DNA of 61,264 nt, filler included. It is 4 parts of 4 records of this genome, joined end to end, with 100 filler letters (N's around TTAATTAATTAA, not from the genome) between each part and the next. Parts side by side here need not be neighbours in the genome. Positions count along the whole stretch, not along the records: positions 51,996 to 61,264 come from DRR723986_1344; 3 more parts are not named here. One strand, given 5' to 3'. The translations under genes and the position numbers were made by a program. This document shows, one piece after another, positions 52,121 to 61,263 of the stretch. The first letter of the stretch is position 1. Each line of letters starts with the position of its first letter. The notes under the pieces were generated by a model. It saw nothing but the letters and a program-made list of their open reading frames with translations. It had not been told where the DNA came from and searched no databases.

Positions 52121-52280
52121 GGGCCACTCCGTACACTATACATCGTCGAATGATCACTGATTGTGGCGTCTCAATACTGAAAAGCCAAATCAGCACCTGT
52201 AATTTGCACTACCCCGGGCAACAACCATAATTAAGACAGGAACCACTGATAAGGTTCCGCTCGGCATCAGGGATAACAGC

Positions 52281-53252
52281 ATGACCGCAAGGGTTCGCGT
52301 ATCGGAAGATCAGGACGAGCTGCTCCACTACCGCCTGAGCCTGAGGCTCGGGCCCGTCCATGCCCGTCAACGCCTCGGCATTGAGCGGGAAACCGAAGCC
52401 CGGGTGTTCGGGCGGGACAAGCGCTCGTTCCATCTGGAAAACCTGACCAACGCTCCGAAACTGATTCGTTTCTGCCTGAAGGCCGTGGGCCTGCTACGCC
52501 GGGCTCAGGCCAACAGTTTGAAACTCACCACCGAGCACAACACCTTCGTGTTGCCCGATCTCCCTTCGGCCTTCGAGGGCTTCCGCATCCTTCACCTGAC
52601 CGACCTGCATGTCGATATGGACGAAGCCAACCTGCAGGCAGTTATACGGCAAATCGCCCCGCTGGATTACGATCTGTGCGTTCTGACCGGCGATTACCGC
52701 CAACGCACCTGGGGCCCTGTAGACGATGCTCTGGACGGTATGGCCAGACTGCGCCAGGCCATTCACGGCGACGCCTATGCCGTGCTGGGCAACCACGACA
52801 GTGTACGAATGGTGCCGGCTCTTGAAGACATGGGCTATCGGCTACTGATGAATGAAATGGTACCGCTGGAGCGCGGCGACAGCCGCCTGTACCTGGCCGG
52901 TGTGGACGATGCCCACTACTACAAGGTTCACAACCTGCACCGGGCCGGCGACGATATACCCGCAGGGGGAATCAGCCTGTTACTCAGTCATACACCGGAA
53001 ATCTGGCGGGAAGCCACCCATGCCGGTTACGACCTGTTCCTCTGCGGCCACACCCACGGTGGGCAACTCTGTTTGCCTGGCGGCATCCCGCTGACGCTCG
53101 ACTCCGATTGCCCGAGGCGCCTTGGCCGCGGGCTCTGGCAGGTAAACGGCATGCAAGGCTACACCTCACCGGGAGCCGGCACTTCGGTTCTGAATGTGCG
53201 TCTGAACTGCCCCCCGGAAGTGACCATTCACACCCTCACTCGCGGGCCCTGA
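52281..53252 (+). CDS. Metallophosphoesterase (YkuE/YaeI-like)
   Basis: TDLH, TGDY, LGNHD, LSHTP, CGHTHGGQ. Confidence 0.92.
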   Translation: MTARVRVSEDQDELLHYRLSLRLGPVHARQRLGIERETEARVFGRDKRSFHLENLTNAPKLIRFCLKAVGLLRRAQANSLKLTTEHNTFVLPDLPSAFEGFRILHLTDLHVDMDEANLQAVIRQIAPLDYDLCVLTGDYRQRTWGPVDDALDGMARLRQAIHGDAYAVLGNHDSVRMVPALEDMGYRLLMNEMVPLERGDSRLYLAGVDDAHYYKVHNLHRAGDDIPAGGISLLLSHTPEIWREATHAGYDLFLCGHTHGGQLCLPGGIPLTLDSDCPRRLGRGLWQVNGMQGYTSPGAGTSVLNVRLNCPPEVTIHTLTRGP

Positions 53253-53254
53253 GT

Positions 53255-53737
53255 TCAGTGTGGCTGTTTACGTATACCGAGGCGGTAAAACAGCGGAGAG
53301 AACAACATATTGGACAATGCGAACAGAAGGGCAACGGCGACCGCCTCCCACAGTGGCAGCGGCAGCCAGTACCAGGCCATCACCATAGGTAACAGCGCCT
53401 CGGGCAGCTGATCCAACCAGACCGCCCGGGCGCTGGAAGCCAATCCCATACGGCGCTTGGTGAAACTGCTGAGCATATCGCCCCACAGCGACAGGAAAGC
53501 AAACAGCGCTCCGAACAACCAGCCCAGGCCCACCCACAGGGCGAACAGCGCGCAGGTCAGAACGCCGGATACCAGCCCACGCCAGGTTTTGCTGGGCCCC
53601 AGCAGCGGTCGGCCATCGCGCCACAGCCGGCCACGATCGAGGGGCCAACTGCCATGCTGGTGAAACAACCGCGCCACAACCACTGGAGACCCGTTGGCCA
53701 GCACCAGCATGACAAACAACTCAAGCGACAACAGCAC
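53255..53737 (-). CDS. CarS/DUF46-like CTP-transferase (CDP-archaeol synthase family)
   Basis: ANGSPVV, PLD.G...DGRPLLGPSKTWRG, GDMLSSFTKRRMG, LDQ. Confidence 0.8.
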   Translation of the reverse strand: MLLSLELFVMLVLANGSPVVVARLFHQHGSWPLDRGRLWRDGRPLLGPSKTWRGLVSGVLTCALFALWVGLGWLFGALFAFLSLWGDMLSSFTKRRMGLASSARAVWLDQLPEALLPMVMAWYWLPLPLWEAVAVALLFALSNMLFSPLFYRLGIRKQPH

Positions 53738-53767
53738 TCTGCTTTCCCCTGTTAACAGCCGGCCAGA

Positions 53768-55144
53768 TCAGGTCAGTCCGCCTCGGGTCAGCTTGAGCGG
53801 GTCCATCAGTTCCTCAAGCCGTTTGCGGCTCAATCCGCTCCGCTCCTCGGCAACGTCGATAACCGGGCGCCCGCTACGGTATGCCTCTTTGGCAATATCC
53901 GCGGCCAGGGCGTAGCCGATTTCAGGGTTCAATGCCGTCACCAGAACCGGGTTTCGACCCACCCCCGCATTCAGGTTTTCGGTATTAACGGTGAACCCTT
54001 GCAGGGCCTTGTCTGCCAGCAGGTTCGAGGCATTGGTCAGCAATCCGCACATATCCAGCAGATTTGCGCCCACCAGTGGCAGCATCACATTCAACTGGAA
54101 GTTGCCGGACTGGCCCGCCATGGCGACAGCCGCATCCAGCCCGGTCACCTGGGCACTCACCATCGCCACCGATTCCGGTATCACCGGGTTCACCTTGCCA
54201 GGCATGATGCTGCTGCCCGGCTGCAAGGCCGGCAGGCTGATTTCAGCCAGACCATGGATCGGACCACTGTTCATCCAGCGCAGGTCATTGGCGATCTTGG
54301 TGAAGACCACGGCCACACCGCGGAACTGGGCAGACAGTGCCACAGGCGCATCAACCGCACTCTGCCCCAGAAACTTGTGCTCCAGCGACCGGAACGGATA
54401 GCCCGTATTCTGCTTCAGAAACTTCACAAACTGGCCAGCAAACTCCGACGCAGCATTCACCCCGGTACCTACCGCGGTACCGCCCTGGGGTAGTGCCGCC
54501 AGGTCCTCCATGGCCCGCTCAAGGCGAAGCTCGGTCGCCGCGACCTGCTCCCGCCAGGTTCTGAGCTCCTGGCCAAGTGTCACCGGCATGGCATCCATCA
54601 GATGAGTGCGCCCGGTCTTCACCTGCCCGGACAGTTCAGCCTCCCGGCCGTAGATCACTCCCCGGAGATGCGACAGCGCCGGCAGCAGCCGGCTTTTCAC
54701 TGCCAGCACAGCGCTGACATGGATCGCAGTCGGGATCACGTCGTTGGAACTCTGGCTCATGTTGACGTGATCATTGGGATTAACCTCCACGCCCTTCTCT
54801 CGCGCCAGAGCCGCGATCACCTCGTTCACGTTCATGTTGGTGCTGGTACCGGAGCCGGTCTGGTAACGGTCCACCGGAAACTGATCTGCATGTTCCCCGT
54901 TCAGCAACCGGTCGCAGGCGTCACAAATGGCATCACGCAGTTCCGGCTCCAGCAAGCCCAGTGACGCGTTGGCCTGGGCCGCCGCACGTTTGACCTGAAC
55001 CACAGAGGCAATGAATTCGGGCGGCATCGGCTGCCCACTGACCGGAAAATTGTCCACCGCACGCTGGGTCTGCGCGCCCCAGAGCGCACTGTCCGGTACC
55101 CGGACCTCACCCAGGCTGTCTTTTTCAGTTCTGAACTCGGTCAT
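53768..55144 (-). CDS. fumC: Fumarate hydratase class II
   Basis: QTGSGTSTNMNVNEVIA, SSNDVIPT, GRTHLMDA, PGSSIMPGKVNP. Confidence 0.93.
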   Translation of the reverse strand: MTEFRTEKDSLGEVRVPDSALWGAQTQRAVDNFPVSGQPMPPEFIASVVQVKRAAAQANASLGLLEPELRDAICDACDRLLNGEHADQFPVDRYQTGSGTSTNMNVNEVIAALAREKGVEVNPNDHVNMSQSSNDVIPTAIHVSAVLAVKSRLLPALSHLRGVIYGREAELSGQVKTGRTHLMDAMPVTLGQELRTWREQVAATELRLERAMEDLAALPQGGTAVGTGVNAASEFAGQFVKFLKQNTGYPFRSLEHKFLGQSAVDAPVALSAQFRGVAVVFTKIANDLRWMNSGPIHGLAEISLPALQPGSSIMPGKVNPVIPESVAMVSAQVTGLDAAVAMAGQSGNFQLNVMLPLVGANLLDMCGLLTNASNLLADKALQGFTVNTENLNAGVGRNPVLVTALNPEIGYALAADIAKEAYRSGRPVIDVAEERSGLSRKRLEELMDPLKLTRGGLT

Positions 55145-55186
55145 CACATCCTCCTTGTCACGCTCGATAGCTTCCCACAGCGGCCC

Positions 55187-55474
55187 TCAGGTGCCGTTAC
55201 CATGGGATTTCAGGCGGACATGGTCGCAGATGCCGGTCACCTGCTCAAAATTCAGAATCAGTGTGTGCACGGTATTGGTGTAGGTGTCGTGCAGGTGAAA
55301 CTTGAAGCGGCTCTGCTTCTCGCCCTGCAGAAAGGCATCGTACTCGCGCACCAGCTCTCGTACATCACCGCCGGAGTCCTGGCTCCAGGTAGCATTGAAC
55401 GGACCCAGCACGGCGCCACCGGCAAGGCAGATGGTGACTTCGTGGTTAGTGAGATGGCCGTCTTGAGTGGTCAT
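55187..55474 (-). CDS. Small hypothetical protein (95 aa)
   Basis: ATG at 55474 with strong AGGAGG RBS; MTTQDGHL...SHGNGT; no family recognised. Confidence 0.75.
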   Translation of the reverse strand: MTTQDGHLTNHEVTICLAGGAVLGPFNATWSQDSGGDVRELVREYDAFLQGEKQSRFKFHLHDTYTNTVHTLILNFEQVTGICDHVRLKSHGNGT

Positions 55475-55587
55475 GACATTTCCCTCCTGAAAGCACTCAG
55501 CGATAAGTGTAGTCGCTCTCAGGCACCGGGCTCTGGCAATTGCCAAAGTCATCACAGAAACAAACATTTCCGGCAACCCATCCTGCA

Positions 55588-55608
55588 TTTGTAGGATTTT
55601 CCTACAAA
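55588..55608. promoter_or_regulatory. Palindromic operator in the divergent promoter region
   Basis: TTTGTAGGA-TTT-TCCTACAAA, perfect 9-bp arms. Confidence 0.7.
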
Positions 55609-55670
55609 ACGACGAATGCCACCCTGATAACCTGTCCAGCCGATTCGATATCAAGGAACGACCGGTAAAC

Positions 55671-57170
55671 ATGGGGCACTTCCACTCACCTGCGGTTTTA
55701 CTGCGCTACCATAGCGAAGAGGCAAAGCAGACGTTCGAGGCCTTGTTCGCGCAGGACTTCTCGATACACGCCTTTAGCTCGGATGAGGCAGTGCTTGAGC
55801 ACATAGCGGCCGCTGAAGCACCGCCCGCAGCGCTGGTGATAGCCGGATGCGAAACCTCAACCGCCGTTAACTCCACTCTGCTGGTCCAGGCCAGAACACA
55901 ATATCCCACCGTGCTCCGGGTGTTGATAACCGAGCGCGTTATCCTGAGCGAACTGGTGGCGCTGCTGGATACTCAGGTAATCGATCGTTGCTTCGAGCAG
56001 CCCCTGGACCCAGACCTCATACGCTCACACCTTTTGACAGCGGCCCTGACAAGCCCGGAGCTGTCCGGCCAGACCGAGCAGCAGCCATCGCTGCCGAACA
56101 CCGAGGGGCAGCGCCCCGTTGTGCTCATTGTCGATGACGAACCTGCCGCCACGAAATATCTGATCCGTCAACTCGAACACCTGCAGGATGAGTTCTCCCT
56201 GCTTTCCGCAGACACTGCGGAAGCGGCACTGGAACATCTTCGAACGCCAGGCGCGCCCATTGCAGTGGTGATGACGGACCAACGGATGCCGGGCATGCAG
56301 GGCAAAGAGCTGCTGGATGAGTTGCGTCAGTCTCATCCGGCCGTTGTCCGGATTCTGACTTCCGCCTGGGGCGAGGTGGACGTTGCCCTCAATGCCGTGA
56401 ATGAAGGCCGGATCTTTCGCTACCAGAAAAAACCCTGGCAAGCACAAACCTTGCTGCCACTGTTCCGGGAAGCCATCGCTCGCCACCGTGAGCTGGCGTC
56501 GGCCCTGGACAACACCCGCTGCGAAACCCGGAAACGCTTTGCCGAGCTTCGCCTGCAACGCCACGGCAGGCTCGTCGATCATCTGAGGCCGATCCTGAGC
56601 GCCCAGGTTCCCGATACCACACTGAACGCTTTTCTGGATACCGTGGCCAGCATTGACCACCTGCCTGCGGCGAAAGCACACCTCAGGGCCAGCCAGGACA
56701 TGCATCTGGAACAGGAGCTTGTCCGGCGGTTCTGCGACCATGTGCGGCAGGAACTCAGTCGGCTGGAAAACATCGTCCCGGCAGGCCCCGGGCAGAGCCG
56801 GATGACGTCACTATTCAGCGGGACCCCGCCCCAGGAACGGGCCACATCGTCTCCACCCTGCTCGCCGGCAGAATTACTGGGGCAAGCCCTCAACACCCTG
56901 CTTGTCAGCTCCGGTCTTGACTGGAGCCACCTGGTGCTAACCGAGAGTCGCGATCAGCTTCACGTAGCCCTGGAACAACCGCTACGCATCTACAGCCATC
57001 TACTGGCTCCGCTCACGCGGCTCTCCGATCCGCTTCTTGAACAACAGACAGCACTTCTGATGCTGTTCGTCACCACCAGCCTGCTGGGGGGGGACGTCAG
57101 TGCTGAGGCAGACGGCCAATGCCTGCACCTGGCCATAACGCTGCCGGTACTCCCGGGATCGGGTAACTGA
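55671..57170 (+). CDS. Response regulator with degenerate plus canonical receiver domains and a degenerate kinase-like C-terminus
   Basis: Second REC: VLIVDDE, VMTDQRMPG, ILTSAW, KKPW; first REC lacks the acidic residues; end LGGDVSAE...LAITLP resembles the HATPase_c terminus. Confidence 0.8.
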   Translation: MGHFHSPAVLLRYHSEEAKQTFEALFAQDFSIHAFSSDEAVLEHIAAAEAPPAALVIAGCETSTAVNSTLLVQARTQYPTVLRVLITERVILSELVALLDTQVIDRCFEQPLDPDLIRSHLLTAALTSPELSGQTEQQPSLPNTEGQRPVVLIVDDEPAATKYLIRQLEHLQDEFSLLSADTAEAALEHLRTPGAPIAVVMTDQRMPGMQGKELLDELRQSHPAVVRILTSAWGEVDVALNAVNEGRIFRYQKKPWQAQTLLPLFREAIARHRELASALDNTRCETRKRFAELRLQRHGRLVDHLRPILSAQVPDTTLNAFLDTVASIDHLPAAKAHLRASQDMHLEQELVRRFCDHVRQELSRLENIVPAGPGQSRMTSLFSGTPPQERATSSPPCSPAELLGQALNTLLVSSGLDWSHLVLTESRDQLHVALEQPLRIYSHLLAPLTRLSDPLLEQQTALLMLFVTTSLLGGDVSAEADGQCLHLAITLPVLPGSGN

Positions 57171-57172
57171 CC

Positions 57173-57817
57173 GTGAACCCTCAGCGCAGACTCCGGCTGT
57201 TCGCGACCGTCAGCCACCGTCTTTTCCGCGACGCTTTGCTATTCCAGATTCTTCATAACGAAGACATTGAGTTAGTAGGCGAATCCGAGACCGGCGTTGA
57301 GACGCTGCAACGCCTGGCTGCTGTCAGACCCGGCGTGCTATTGATTGAAGAGAATCTGAAAGACAATGATGGACTCACCATTGCTGAAAACGCCCTCAGC
57401 CTGCACCCGGCGCTCTCAGTGCTGCTGATCTCCGACACTCCGGTCAACAGCGCTCGCATGGCGATTTACCTGGAATCAGGAATCAAGGCGGTGGTCTCGA
57501 AACAGCAGTCGATCCAGGAACTGATCAAAACCCTGTTCTACATTCGCAGCGGTCAGGTATACCTTGGCAACTGGCAATCAACACGCGACCGGGCTGATGA
57601 CGCTCTTACCGCTTACCAGGCGTTGTCCGGCCGCGAACGGGAGGTGGCGAGACTGATGTCACAGCGGATCGCGGTTCGAGATATCGCTGAGGAACTGGGG
57701 GTGTCCTGTAAAACGGTGCATTCCTACAAGGACCGGATCTTCGTCAAGCTGGGCTTCGAACGCCTGCCGGAGCTGATTCTGTTTATGCAAAGACATCACC
57801 AAAGGGCGTTACCATGA
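57173..57817 (+). CDS. NarL/LuxR family regulator with an atypical receiver
   Basis: HTH LSGREREV...IAEELGVSCKTVHSYKDRIFVKLG; receiver has LLIEENL at the phospho-Asp position. Confidence 0.88.
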   Translation: MNPQRRLRLFATVSHRLFRDALLFQILHNEDIELVGESETGVETLQRLAAVRPGVLLIEENLKDNDGLTIAENALSLHPALSVLLISDTPVNSARMAIYLESGIKAVVSKQQSIQELIKTLFYIRSGQVYLGNWQSTRDRADDALTAYQALSGREREVARLMSQRIAVRDIAEELGVSCKTVHSYKDRIFVKLGFERLPELILFMQRHHQRALP

Positions 57818-59205
57818 ACCTGCTCTCCGGTATTGAGCAGATCAAACAGCTGCCCGTTGATCGGCAACGGCGGTTCGAACGTTTTTCGCGCACCCAGTAC
57901 CGGTACCGCGTGCTGCCGCTGTTCGCCGATGTTTACCTGATCATCGCGTTTATCGGCACCCTGCTTTTCCTGGCCGGACAGCTCTCGCACTCGGTGGAGC
58001 CCCCGGTGTTTGCCGGTTACCTGCTCTACACCGGGGTGCTGACAGCGCTCATTCTGGCTCATCGCTTCACCCGGTTGCGGCGAGCGGCACCGCTGGTTGT
58101 CTATCTCGTATTCATCAACATGGCGACATTCAGCTACCTCGGCTATATCGGTGCCGGCGCCGCCATCGCGCCTGTGGTGGGGCTGTTCTTTTTTATCAGC
58201 TCGGTCGGCATCATCACCCTGTCGCTGAAGCACACCAGCATCATTTTGGCGGCCAACCTGATACTTCTGGTGCTGGCCACCGCGGTCACAGTCCCGGCCG
58301 ATCAGATTGTCACCGTGCTTATCGGCGTAATCACCAACTGGCTGATTCTGATGTGCCTGGTGGTGTCACCGTTATCGGCGTGGTTTTTCTCCCAGTTCCT
58401 GCGCAACCTGCTGGCCCTGCAGTTTCTGCTCAGAGATCGAAACCGGCAACTTTCCCGCGCCTTGCAGACACTGGAGGCCACCGAAGACAAACTGGCCCAG
58501 GAGCAGAAACACCAGGCCCTGAGCCACATGGCCAAGGGTCTGCTGCACGAGATTACCAATCCGCTCAATTGCGCCATACAGGCGGTAGACTTTTCCGCGG
58601 CGATCAACCGGAATCCGGACGTAGCCGAGGCGCTGGACGATGCTGCAAGCCATCAACACCGGATTGCAGAGATCGTCTCGGATCTGATCGAATTCTCCCG
58701 CCCGGCGCCGGATCATGGCCCGGAGGCTGTAAATCTCGACAAGCTGGTGCAAACGGCGCTGCGATTTTGCCGGCACCAGTTGCAGGGCACCGCAGTCACC
58801 ACCCAGATCCCCGCTGGCCTCTCGGTCGCCTGTTTTCCGTCACCGCTGATTCAGGTGTTCGTCAACCTCCTGATGAATGCATCGTCAGCCATCCGTGCTG
58901 CTAGCCCTGCACGACCGCAAATCCGGATTACCGCTGCCGCCACCGAAGCCGTGACCAGTATTACTGTCCGGGATAATGGCAAAGGCATCGACTCCAGTGA
59001 CCTGCAGCGACTGACTGACCCGTTTTTCTCCACCAGCGAGACGCCGGATAACCTGGGGCTGGGATTGAGCATCTGCCACACCATCATGCGGCATCATCGT
59101 GGCTCCATGAAAATTGCCAGCGAACCCGGACAATGGACCGAGGTGATACTTGAACTACCCCGGCATATCGATGGGCCCGACAAAAGCACTCGCCCTCCCA
59201 ACTAA
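57814..59205 (+). CDS. Multi-pass membrane sensor histidine kinase
   Basis: About 6 TM segments, H-box LLHEITNPL, QVFVNLLMNA, DNGKGI, DPFFST, GLGLSIC. Confidence 0.92.
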   Translation: MNLLSGIEQIKQLPVDRQRRFERFSRTQYRYRVLPLFADVYLIIAFIGTLLFLAGQLSHSVEPPVFAGYLLYTGVLTALILAHRFTRLRRAAPLVVYLVFINMATFSYLGYIGAGAAIAPVVGLFFFISSVGIITLSLKHTSIILAANLILLVLATAVTVPADQIVTVLIGVITNWLILMCLVVSPLSAWFFSQFLRNLLALQFLLRDRNRQLSRALQTLEATEDKLAQEQKHQALSHMAKGLLHEITNPLNCAIQAVDFSAAINRNPDVAEALDDAASHQHRIAEIVSDLIEFSRPAPDHGPEAVNLDKLVQTALRFCRHQLQGTAVTTQIPAGLSVACFPSPLIQVFVNLLMNASSAIRAASPARPQIRITAAATEAVTSITVRDNGKGIDSSDLQRLTDPFFSTSETPDNLGLGLSICHTIMRHHRGSMKIASEPGQWTEVILELPRHIDGPDKSTRPPN

Positions 59206-60326
59206 AACCGGTAAACCAGCCGCAGGGTCGCAGCATTGCCCCCGGGATCCGGCGACAGACGATTACCGCTGATCTCCGGCATCAGGTAATTCAACCGAAG
59301 CTGAATGTCTTTACCCAGATAGTAATTCAGGCCCACGGTGGTCACGCTGGCTTCCGCCCCGATGCTTCGATCCCTCAGGTCAACGGCACTGTAGCGTGCC
59401 ACCAGTTCCAAGGCGCCGCCGTTACTCTTTGGTTTGATGCGTTTGAACTCGCCCCGCTCGTATGTGCGCTGGTCGTCGGTCAACAGCAGGCCTGCCTGGA
59501 CATAGCCCCCGGTAAACCGCCACCATTCTCCGCCTTTACGACGCACCTCCTGAGCCATGACTTCTGCTGTCACGGTCAACCGATGAAACTGCCAACCGGC
59601 CTCCACGCCCGCAAGCCTGCTTTCACGGGCCTCAAAGCGGGGACTGCGAACCACGTTGTCAGCGCTGAACACCTCGGCCTCATCCTTGATCTGGAATTCC
59701 TCCTCACGATGCTGGCGCCAGGATGCTGCTGCACCGAGATGGAGTACCTGATCCTCCGAGCGGACGGGAGCACGGGAGACCCTGGCAGTTATAGCGCTGC
59801 CGTCTTCCGGTTTACGCTCATCGCTGAATATACCCAGCGCCCAGGTTAAGGATTTCCGGTACTGCCCCACCATAACCCCCAGTGAACGGCCCGGCGCAAA
59901 AGCCGAGGTAGCCATTGAGCGCTCCCCCGTACTGAGACTTGAGTAGCTGGTCAGCCGTTCCATACCGAACGGCTCCTTGAACTGGCCCAGCCGGACGGCA
60001 AGGCGATCAGGGCCGTTGTACTGAACATAGGCATCGCCCAACTCTGCGTCTCTGTTGTCGCCTTCAATCTCGTAGCCGCCGTCAATCTCGGCCTCCCAGG
60101 CGTCGCCCCACGCCAGTTCAACCTGGAGCTTGGCGTTGCGCAACACGCCACGCGTCGTGGATTCTTCTCCGTCCTCATCATGGAACGCGCCGTAGTGGTC
60201 GACACCCGCCGCGATGTAACCACTCACCTCCGCCAGAGTCCCCCCGTCGCCATCGCTCGCCAGGGCGTCTGAACCAATCATCGGCAGCAGCGCAAAGGCC
60301 AGCAGTTTGCCCGCTTGCTCATTCAT
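59202..60326 (-). CDS. Phosphate-selective porin (OprO/OprP family)
   Basis: Signal peptide; GQFKEPFGMERL, ERS, GALELVARYS, GLNYY, C-terminal Phe. Confidence 0.85.
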   Translation of the reverse strand: MNEQAGKLLAFALLPMIGSDALASDGDGGTLAEVSGYIAAGVDHYGAFHDEDGEESTTRGVLRNAKLQVELAWGDAWEAEIDGGYEIEGDNRDAELGDAYVQYNGPDRLAVRLGQFKEPFGMERLTSYSSLSTGERSMATSAFAPGRSLGVMVGQYRKSLTWALGIFSDERKPEDGSAITARVSRAPVRSEDQVLHLGAAASWRQHREEEFQIKDEAEVFSADNVVRSPRFEARESRLAGVEAGWQFHRLTVTAEVMAQEVRRKGGEWWRFTGGYVQAGLLLTDDQRTYERGEFKRIKPKSNGGALELVARYSAVDLRDRSIGAEASVTTVGLNYYLGKDIQLRLNYLMPEISGNRLSPDPGGNAATLRLVYRF

Positions 60327-60900
60327 GTCCCGCCTCCAGGTGATAGTGCATTCGAAGCATAGCGGTGTCTCTCAGGTAGCTGACAGACACCACATCAACC
60401 CGGAACACGTCCAGCCCGGTGCGTTCCCTGAGATCGGCAATCAAGGCTGCCTGTTGTTGCCGGTGCACGTTCTCGATCTTTTCGTATTCCACCTCCTTCT
60501 CACCGTGTCGCGGCAACAGGATGCGGGTTTCGAGCACAACCGCCAGGGCGATGACCAGGCCATTCAGCATGACCAACTCCAGGTGGTGCATGGTCCCGAC
60601 TGCGGCCAGCAGGGCCATGGCGATCACCAGGAACAGGTAGGTCATCTCTTTGATACCCAGGGCTTCGGTGCGATAACGCAGCATGGAAAACACGGCAAAC
60701 AGGCCAAAGGCAAAGCCCATCGTAACCGTCACCGAATGCAGCAGCGCCGTCACCAGAAACACGCCAACGCCGAAGAGAATGAAAGAGGCGGCATTCTCCC
60801 GGTGACGGGAATAGCGGTAATAACAGCGAATCAATACCAATACCGAGGCCGCATTAATCAACAGCCGGATAACAAAATGGAGGTCAACTGCAGATTCCAT
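60319..60900 (-). CDS. DUF4956 domain membrane protein
   Basis: GFAFGLFAVFSMLRYRT, KEMTYLF, YEKIE, DLRERTGL. Confidence 0.88.
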   Translation of the reverse strand: MESAVDLHFVIRLLINAASVLVLIRCYYRYSRHRENAASFILFGVGVFLVTALLHSVTVTMGFAFGLFAVFSMLRYRTEALGIKEMTYLFLVIAMALLAAVGTMHHLELVMLNGLVIALAVVLETRILLPRHGEKEVEYEKIENVHRQQQAALIADLRERTGLDVFRVDVVSVSYLRDTAMLRMHYHLEAGHE

Positions 60901-61263
60901 GAACGCTCCTTAACAACGGTTTGAATCGATTGGTTTTCAGGTTGTCTCCGTCCAGAAAAACCCGACCAACGCAGTACTTGCTGAAAGTCACCGGCCTGTA
61001 TCCGAGCGCGGTCAGACGCGCCATCAAAGGCGAGCCAGAGGCTTTCCGGTCATATTTGATTTCGAAAATGGCAAGACCTGGGAGCGCAACGGAATGCTGT
61101 CGATCAGGCGTCTGGAATGAGAGCCCGGTATCCACCGTCACCCGCTCATGGCCGTCCCGCCGGAGCAGAGTCATCCGTTCATACCGGACAAAAAGTGCCG
61201 GCCGCATCCCTGCAGCCGGAAGGCCGAATTGCCCGGAAAGGAAATCATTGATGACGCGCGCGT
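60884..61263 (-). CDS. VTC domain (polyphosphate polymerase-like) protein, 3' part
   Basis: YERMTL...ERVTVDTGL, IFEIK, FSKYC; frame open to the window end; overlaps the DUF4956 start. Confidence 0.85.
   Translation of the reverse strand, partial: ARVINDFLSGQFGLPAAGMRPALFVRYERMTLLRRDGHERVTVDTGLSFQTPDRQHSVALPGLAIFEIKYDRKASGSPLMARLTALGYRPVTFSKYCVGRVFLDGDNLKTNRFKPLLRSVHGICS

Noticed and set aside
55475-55672. 161-aa extended version of the small hypothetical ORF
   Set aside because: The extension runs through the divergent promoter and operator; the ATG at 55474 has a clear AGGAGG
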